A stretch of 56,819 bases of DNA, filler included, from Sphacelaria rigidula (Eukaryota), in assembly GCA_964200075.2 (NCBI GenBank). It is 7 parts of 7 records of this genome, joined end to end, with 100 filler letters (N's around TTAATTAATTAA, not from the genome) between each part and the next. Parts side by side here need not be neighbours in the genome. Positions count along the whole stretch, not along the records: positions 48,789 to 56,819 come from CAXNAA020012575.1; 6 more parts are not named here. One strand, written 5' to 3'. Positions 50,482-56,819 of the stretch are shown here, piece by piece. The notes beneath the pieces are model-generated. The model did not search any database. It was not told where the DNA came from and was given only the letters and a program-made list of their open reading frames with translations. The position numbers and the translations under genes are program-made. The number at the start of each line of letters is the position of its first letter. Position 1 is the first letter of the stretch.

Positions 50482-53400
50482 TCCTCCTCCCCGCTGCGCG
50501 CGCGCGCTTGTGTGTAAGGATGCATGCGCTTCTTACACACAGCCTTTTTCACTCGAATGTATGCTGAAGGAGCCACATATTCCTACTTTCATTCAGTTAG
50601 TATCACCTTGTTCTGTAGTTGGGGCCATTTTTTTTCTCCATCTAGTTCTCAATTCGTTTCGTTTCGTTTCGTTTCGTTTCCTCTTTCTGCGTTGTTTTGT
50701 TCTTGTTCTAGTTTGTTTTACTCCGTAACAGTATGAAATAAAAGTGTAGAATGAACGATATCTGTGTGATGAGACTCCGAAAATCAAGAATCACCATATC
50801 TCCCAAGAAACAAGACGAAATCCACCATATTTTCTTTGGTGCGTTTGTGGCACCAACTACGAGCACGTCACAAAAAGTTGAGGAGATGTGCTCGATTCTC
50901 AGGGTCCTAGAGCCAAAATCATATTTTCGATATTTCCGTGCAAACGCGTGTGGGTGAAAATGTCCAAAAGCTGTTTTTTGCTCTAGGGCCCTCAATATAT
51001 CGTGACAATCCTTCAATAATTCTGACGCGCTCGTAGTTGATACCACAAACATACCTGAGAGCATTTTGGGCACTTCGTGTTGTTTTACGGAAGATATGGC
51101 GATTCTTACTTTCCAAAATCTCATCCTACAGATATCGGTCATCCTACACTTCTTTTTCACACTGTTCCGTGTGTTCGTGTTTTTATTTAGTTTCCCCAAA
51201 TTACGCGAGCGTCTCCGTTTTCGTTTCCGTCTTTACCTCGCGTACGCCCATCTTATGAACAATGACCATGGCTTCGTCCCTCGGGATTGAGTTAATGTTC
51301 GACAGTAAATAAACCACTCAATAAGACGAAGTCATTCCGAGGTGACGCTATTCGCACGGCTGCCGATTCACGCGAATAACGCTGCTGAAGGCGAAAATAT
51401 TCAGCACTTTCGATCAGTTGGTTCTTCTGTAGTGGTCTCATAGGAAGCACCATACGCGATTATGAAATGGAACATGCAAGAAGCATAACAGTGCAAACTA
51501 CTCGCCGTATGTATGTCGCGATTCAGACCCTCATCTCACCACAAGGCCAGAGTTGTCGCCGTTCTCAGCCATTGCCTTGATGGCGTCGTTGGCTGGCTGC
51601 CCCTCCTGGAACAAGGCTACATTCTGTTGTTTTGGTCAGTTTTCGGACGGAAAAGAGCGACGGAACCCAAGGAAAGACGTCGTGTCATTTTGAAGTATTC
51701 GTTGCACGACAAGAAGCAAGTAAGGAACAAAGTCGGACGTAATTATTGGAGCCACTTAGTATCACCGACTCCTTTCATTCACGGGATAATATTTTCAGGT
51801 TTGTTCGAATTTCTCCGAATAATTGGAAATATCCTCGACTTCTCGGGAAATATAATAATGAACAAAAACCGAAGGTAGGTTTCAGGGGGGGCGTAGGTTT
51901 CAGGGGGGGGGCGTACTCATTTGTTGCTTGCCTTAGTCATTTGACCATTGACCACGCATCCCTTTCGAGACGGTAGGTTTCAGGGGGGACAATGAAGTCA
52001 GTCTCAAATTGATATCGAAAAGACACGCGAGAAACACGCGCACAAGCTCGGGGTCATGAGCTTTTCATGTCATTGCGCAGGGTCGTGTCATGTCGAAAAC
52101 TGTTGTGTCCCTTTTGGCACCGAACGTACTTCCATGTAAATGGGCTGCCATATGCTCCAACCACCCAAGCTCACGGATAGTACAGTAATCTCCGTTCGGA
52201 ATGCAAGAGTTTTATTTTCCGGCGATGCCGGTGCCCCGCTCCGAGCGTTTTGCGAAGCTCACGGTCACTTTTGTACTACAAGATAGACACTCACATGTTT
52301 CTACCTTTCAACTACCCGACCTACGTCCTTCTTTACTCTCTTGTAAGATAGCTATGACTCTAAAGGTAGACCGTACATCACGCGCACAGTAGATCGATCG
52401 AGAATCGCGAGTCGGCGTCGTGTAGCTCCATGGCAAGACGCTATTATGAAAACTCACCTTCGTGTGCGCCACGACCACTGGAGGCGAGAAGGGCTGCTGG
52501 TAGGTCAAGTTCCTCACGCGAACCTGAGGTTGGACATTGAGTTTCGACGTCACAGCAACAGCCGAAATACGTGGACGGCCCATGGTGAGGTTTTGAGAGC
52601 ACTCGTCAAATGGTACCGCTTCGGTTCCAATAGAGCACCTGTTGTTTCTCTTCACGGAGTAAGGCTTGGGGTACTTGAATACTGAGTACCACGCAGAGAG
52701 ACCGGCCATCAAATAGTATATGCGTCAATCGACAGAGCCCCGTCCTTGTCAACGGCAGCGGCGTGTACCGTACGTTTTGGGCTGTGCGGACCCTGGAATC
52801 GCCTGAGCGTGCCGTGAGGCGTGAGGGCTGAACGGAAAATCTTGCCGTACATTGATGCTGTCAAGATGCGCAACACATGTATCAGTAATGACCTGTGATC
52901 CGACAATCAAGGGCAACGAGTCCGAACCGAATCTCATGTTGCTGCATGTTACGCTACATATTCGACAACAAGCACATGGGTAGATAGACAGGGCACAGAG
53001 ATTACAGTATGAGCGCTACTACGCGCGTAGCCTTCGGGCCAGGTTTGTGTTTGGTACCGCGCTTGAGAGTATATACGCGCTTCCAGCTGTGCGTCGCGTA
53101 GCTTGAGCAGCACACCCACCCGCGATGACGAGGGGGGGGGGGGGGGGGGCGTTTTTTTGGGTTCCATAGAATGGGGGGAATCCCCCCACAGACATTTGAA
53201 ACCCCCCTCTACCCCCCGAATAGGAGTTNNNNNNNNNNCCGCGCTGGAGGTAATATCCCCGCTTCCGGCGGTGGGTCGGGTAGCTTGGGCCGCACCCCCC
53301 CCGGGGGGGGGGGGGGGGGGGGGGGGGGGGCATTTGTTCGAGTTGCATAGAATGAGCGAGATCACCCAACTAGCATTTGAAGCCCTCCTCTACACGTCGA

Positions 53401-53802
53401 ATGAGCAGTTTATTGTGTGTGGTTTGTAGGTCCTTCTACCTCGACTTGTACCTTGACCTGAATATTGCAAGCTTATTTTACGCTGTTGTGGTGTCGTTGT
53501 TATGTTTGTTTAAAGCGCCCCACGACGTTGTTCTGGGCTGGTCTAATGTGCGCACAATGCGTTATCCCCAACAAAGCGTGGGACGTTGCCATGCCATTGT
53601 CCTCGAGGTACCCCTGTGGCCGCTGGTGATTGTAATGATATTCACCGGGTGATTATCACAAACATCCAATCGCAAGAACAGTGCGGTACGCTATTGGGGT
53701 GAGAACTCTGGTAGTCACTGTACCCACCCGATACTCAGCGGCGTTGACGAGGCTGAGGGCGACGGCCGCGGTGAGAGCAAAAACAGCAGTAGATGGAGCC
53801 AT
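49492..53802 (-). CDS. Secreted Spondin_N-domain protein, exons 53802-53728, 52523-52458, 51623-51540, 50092-49936, 49581-49492; 3' end not found on contig
   Basis: Spliced product: MAPSTAVFALTAAVALSLVNAAEYR|VRVRNLTYQQPFSPPVVVAHTK|NVALFQEGQPANDAIKAMAENGDNSGLV|DLLSDP...YSSVGMLV|NTNDAFYGIDSVTL...APAFDAG. It has a signal peptide and Spondin_N motifs (NLT..Q.FSP...H; LF..G..A.....AE.G; ML.NTND.F; DAG). All junctions are GT-AG and in frame. Confidence 0.88.
50405..50482. repeat. (CT)n microsatellite
   Basis: Directly visible. Confidence 0.95.
51912..51972 (-). mobile_element. 61-bp LINE family A 3' tip flanked by a 16-bp target-site duplication
   Basis: gtaggtttcagggggg at 51893-51908 and 51973-51988 (third copy at 51875-51890) flanks cgtactcatttgttgcttgccttagtc...tttcgagacg. 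Confidence 0.8.
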
Positions 53803-56601
53803 GATTGGTGATAGCAGCAGAGGGAATAGTAGAGGTAGGCTGTACGAAAGTACGGAGAAGTTGTCGGTCTGTTGTGGAGTTTGTGGGGTGGACGAAAGTG
53901 TGGGAGGTGGTGGGCAGCTGAGCGTTCGGGTTCGCGCGCGAAGTCAAATAGCCAAAACATGAAGTGTACATTCTGAATTTGACGCTGTTGATGAAAATCG
54001 GGTGCACAGGTTGGTTCGCCGTTGTCCCGTGAAGCCTATTTCTCATCCCTGATTTGTTCTCACATTCTACGGTTTTCATTGGTCAACATGACACCTAATT
54101 TGCTCCGCCGCGTATAGACTTACTTGGACTGGTTTGAGCGGGTTGATCACTACGTTACGGTACATATCTCTTGTGAGCAGGTTGATCACAGGACTGGTCC
54201 TGTGTCATACATAAAGCTGGTGAGCGGAGTGGTCGTGTGTCATCGCGTACATTTCGTGAGCGGGTTGATTACACTGTACAGGGCGGGTGCTATCTTTTTT
54301 TTTTTGTACATATCTTGTGCGGGTTGATCAAACCCTGCAAACCCCAGGATGTGTGACCATGGTTCGAGTCATTTGACACGATACCGATTCAACAGATGGC
54401 CACCTCTACTATAGCGTTTAAAGCAAAGGTCAATCCGTCTTTGAGAGCTTGTCTTGGTGGGACAAGCCTGAGCCACAGAGAAACAGCGGCGCAGTTGACG
54501 GTGCTCGAAACGTTCATCTTGCGGAGTTTCGGTCCGGGCAAATCTACAAGCAAGCGTGCGGATTACAGCTACAGTATCCGGACGACGAGGAGAAAATGCG
54601 GTGGAATTCACCCACGAACGAACGAACGGTGAATAGCACCCCCCGTGCACTCTCAAACCGCGCACATGCACGAACAAATAACGGCTATCATGTGATACAC
54701 AGCATCTAACACAGAAATCCGTTACCCAGCAGGCCGCAGTTATGAAAAATTGATTGATTACGTACTTGATTTTGTATCACTCGACCGCAAACTCATGGGG
54801 CATTTCCTGTCTGTTTCTGGACAAACCTGTCGCTTCATAGTTGAAACAATTTTTGTTAAAGGCGAAATTCGAATATCTGAATATCCTACTGTCCAACAAC
54901 CCAACGCACCGAAAACAAGCCCTTCCTCGTGCGGTGGTGGGCTATGTACTGTACTGGGGCTACCTCGGAACGTTCCAGATGTCCAGTGCGAGTGCCTGTA
55001 GGTGCCAAAGGTGACATATTACAGCGTTGGACTGTCATATGACGATAATCCTTATGTCACGTTCTTCAACACCCTATGAAACAATACATGTGGAGTCAGC
55101 AGAATTGATGGCAAAAATGAAATAACAGTAAATCTGGCATGGATCTATATAGAATACATCCATCTGATCATGGATGTCTCCTCGAAGAACTTGGGTCTAA
55201 CTCGACGTACTGCACGGCACAAACCGATGATGAATATTCCGCAAAACGCGGGCACAAAACGATGCAGCATGGATTTTCTCCTGCAGCATCTGAAACGGGA
55301 TCGCACCCACATCGGGACGAGAGTGACCAGACACAGGATCGCGTTTCATGTAGTAGGATCTACGGCAGGTTCGGCGTTTCTGTTGTCGTCTGAATGCGCA
55401 ACACCGATTTCGCATGCCGCAGGAGACGGCAGCATCTCAAAAGAAATGGGAGACCTCACGAACTCATCTTGCCTACACAGAGTGGCGTGAGGCTCGCACT
55501 GTGAGCTGAGATAGGAGTCACGATACCGTGTCACGATCATACTAATTTCAGTGTCCACGGTAGTATCGGCGTTTCTCCTGTCGTCTAAAGGCGCAACTTC
55601 AATTTTTGCATGCCGGGAGGCCATAGCTGCTAAAAAACGTGTGACAGCTGACGAAATACTTTGCCCTGCAAAGAGATGCATCAAGTGGCGCGCGACTCGA
55701 ACTGCGAGCTGAGATAAGCCTTTGAGGGTCAATCGATCAAGGCGTGGCCCATGTCAACACAAAATGATACGCTTCTTCTCTTCTCGCCGACAGAGACCCA
55801 ATCTCCTGTCGTTGATGTTTTTTTTGCGGTCGCAACAGTATTGAAATACTCAAGCTATGTGGGATAAAATAGAGCAAACCCGGCCCCGGGGGACGGTACG
55901 CGAGATACCCCCTCCCCCTCCTCTCAATCGTATGGAAATTTCACGGGTGGTGCATGCCAACATCGTTAAACGTTACTGAAGCCTTAGACGGAAACCCCCC
56001 TTTTTTGCGTAAGTGCCGTCCCGTCAAAAAATCACTTTTGACCGGCGGGGGCTTTCTTATACGGAATCCCCGAGCCTTTCCCACCGTGAGGTTTACTCTT
56101 ATATCTATTCTGAGCTACCCCACCCCCGTACTTCGACCAAACGGAATCGATTGAATCGAAGTGTCCAACAAAAAAGTTCCGGAATACAGTAATCAACGAA
56201 ATATACTCGAATGTGAACCAGCTTCGCTAGGGGTGAGGCTGCAGAGTCATTGATTTAATAGAAACACGTCGTCGTGCCCTGCTACCGAAGGATCTCCAAA
56301 GCGAGATGTATTTTTTTCTCTGAGCGTTTAGGCAAGGATTTGGCCGGGACCGATGGTAGGCAAGAAAAGCAACTGACGAAGCCGGTACGGCGGTACCGCG
56401 AACGGTTACTCAGGGTTCATGCTGTGGCCCTATTGTTCCGAGCTCCTTTTACCGGAGACCCCGTTCCCTAGGTTACCGCAGATCCAGTTTCACAGGTTTG
56501 AACGTGTCGAGTCCGCTCATGTATGTCACTGGCGGATCTTGTTCCTGAGACTGTTTCTCCAGTCCACATGTGTGTTCTGGTGCCCGTTACGCTCATACAT
56601 A

Positions 56602-56819
56602 CTTCCTCTGTCCCATAAGTCTGTATCGTTACGGACGTTTAATCGTGTGGGTATTTCAATGCTCACAATCATGCTACAGTTTGGCTCGTTAGAGAGATAA
56701 CATACAGACGAAGCTGACTGAGAAAAAAAAAGAAAAAAAAATGTTTTTAATACTAAAATCATATCAAAATATACCCCATTTTGGCCCTTTTGGGTCCACT
56801 TATACCCCGATGTTGACCG
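56602..56819. mobile_element. Stowaway-like MITE left part (truncated by window end)
   Basis: TA|cttcctctgtcccataagtc start; homologous to 23775-23950. Confidence 0.7.

Noticed and set aside
53060-53330. Tandem duplicate around the 10-N gap
   Set aside because: The second copy (53239-53300) is a G/C-biased, error-like version of 53058-53120 next to homopolymers and a gap; probably a sequencing or scaffolding artefact.

Overview
Repeat-rich, intron-rich eukaryotic DNA. Long TE-filled GT-AG introns, decayed LINE/Copia/MITE/SINE families and the gene content point to a brown alga (Phaeophyceae); this is inference. The window is not one locus. It is seven contigs (8032, 8032, 8031, 8031, 8031, 8031, 8031 bp) joined by six identical 100-bp linkers (N44-TTAATTAATTAA-N44), so adjacency across linkers is probably artificial. 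Spliced genes read from the sequence, mostly missed by the ORF track: (1) last exon of a peroxisomal (-SKL) glycolate-oxidase-family enzyme; (2) a class II CPD-photolyase-like gene with a ~470-aa low-complexity N-terminus, head-to-head with (3) a CRT-like transporter gene; (4) a secreted Spondin_N-domain protein. The most interesting feature is (5): a tandem array of four 78-81-nt phase-1/phase-1 exons at 33.9-38.5 kb. Each encodes one GGA(I/L/V)...FxNN Pmp/adhesin-like beta-helix repeat and lies in a duplicated cassette whose introns are much better conserved than the exons. The exons are mosaics of one another, making this a candidate exon-shuffling/diversifying surface-protein system. The rest is decayed LINEs (two families), two Copia-like remnants with coding minisatellites, Stowaway-like, pogo-like and hAT-like non-autonomous elements with identifiable TIRs/TSDs, a tRNA-headed SINE and two long hairpins.
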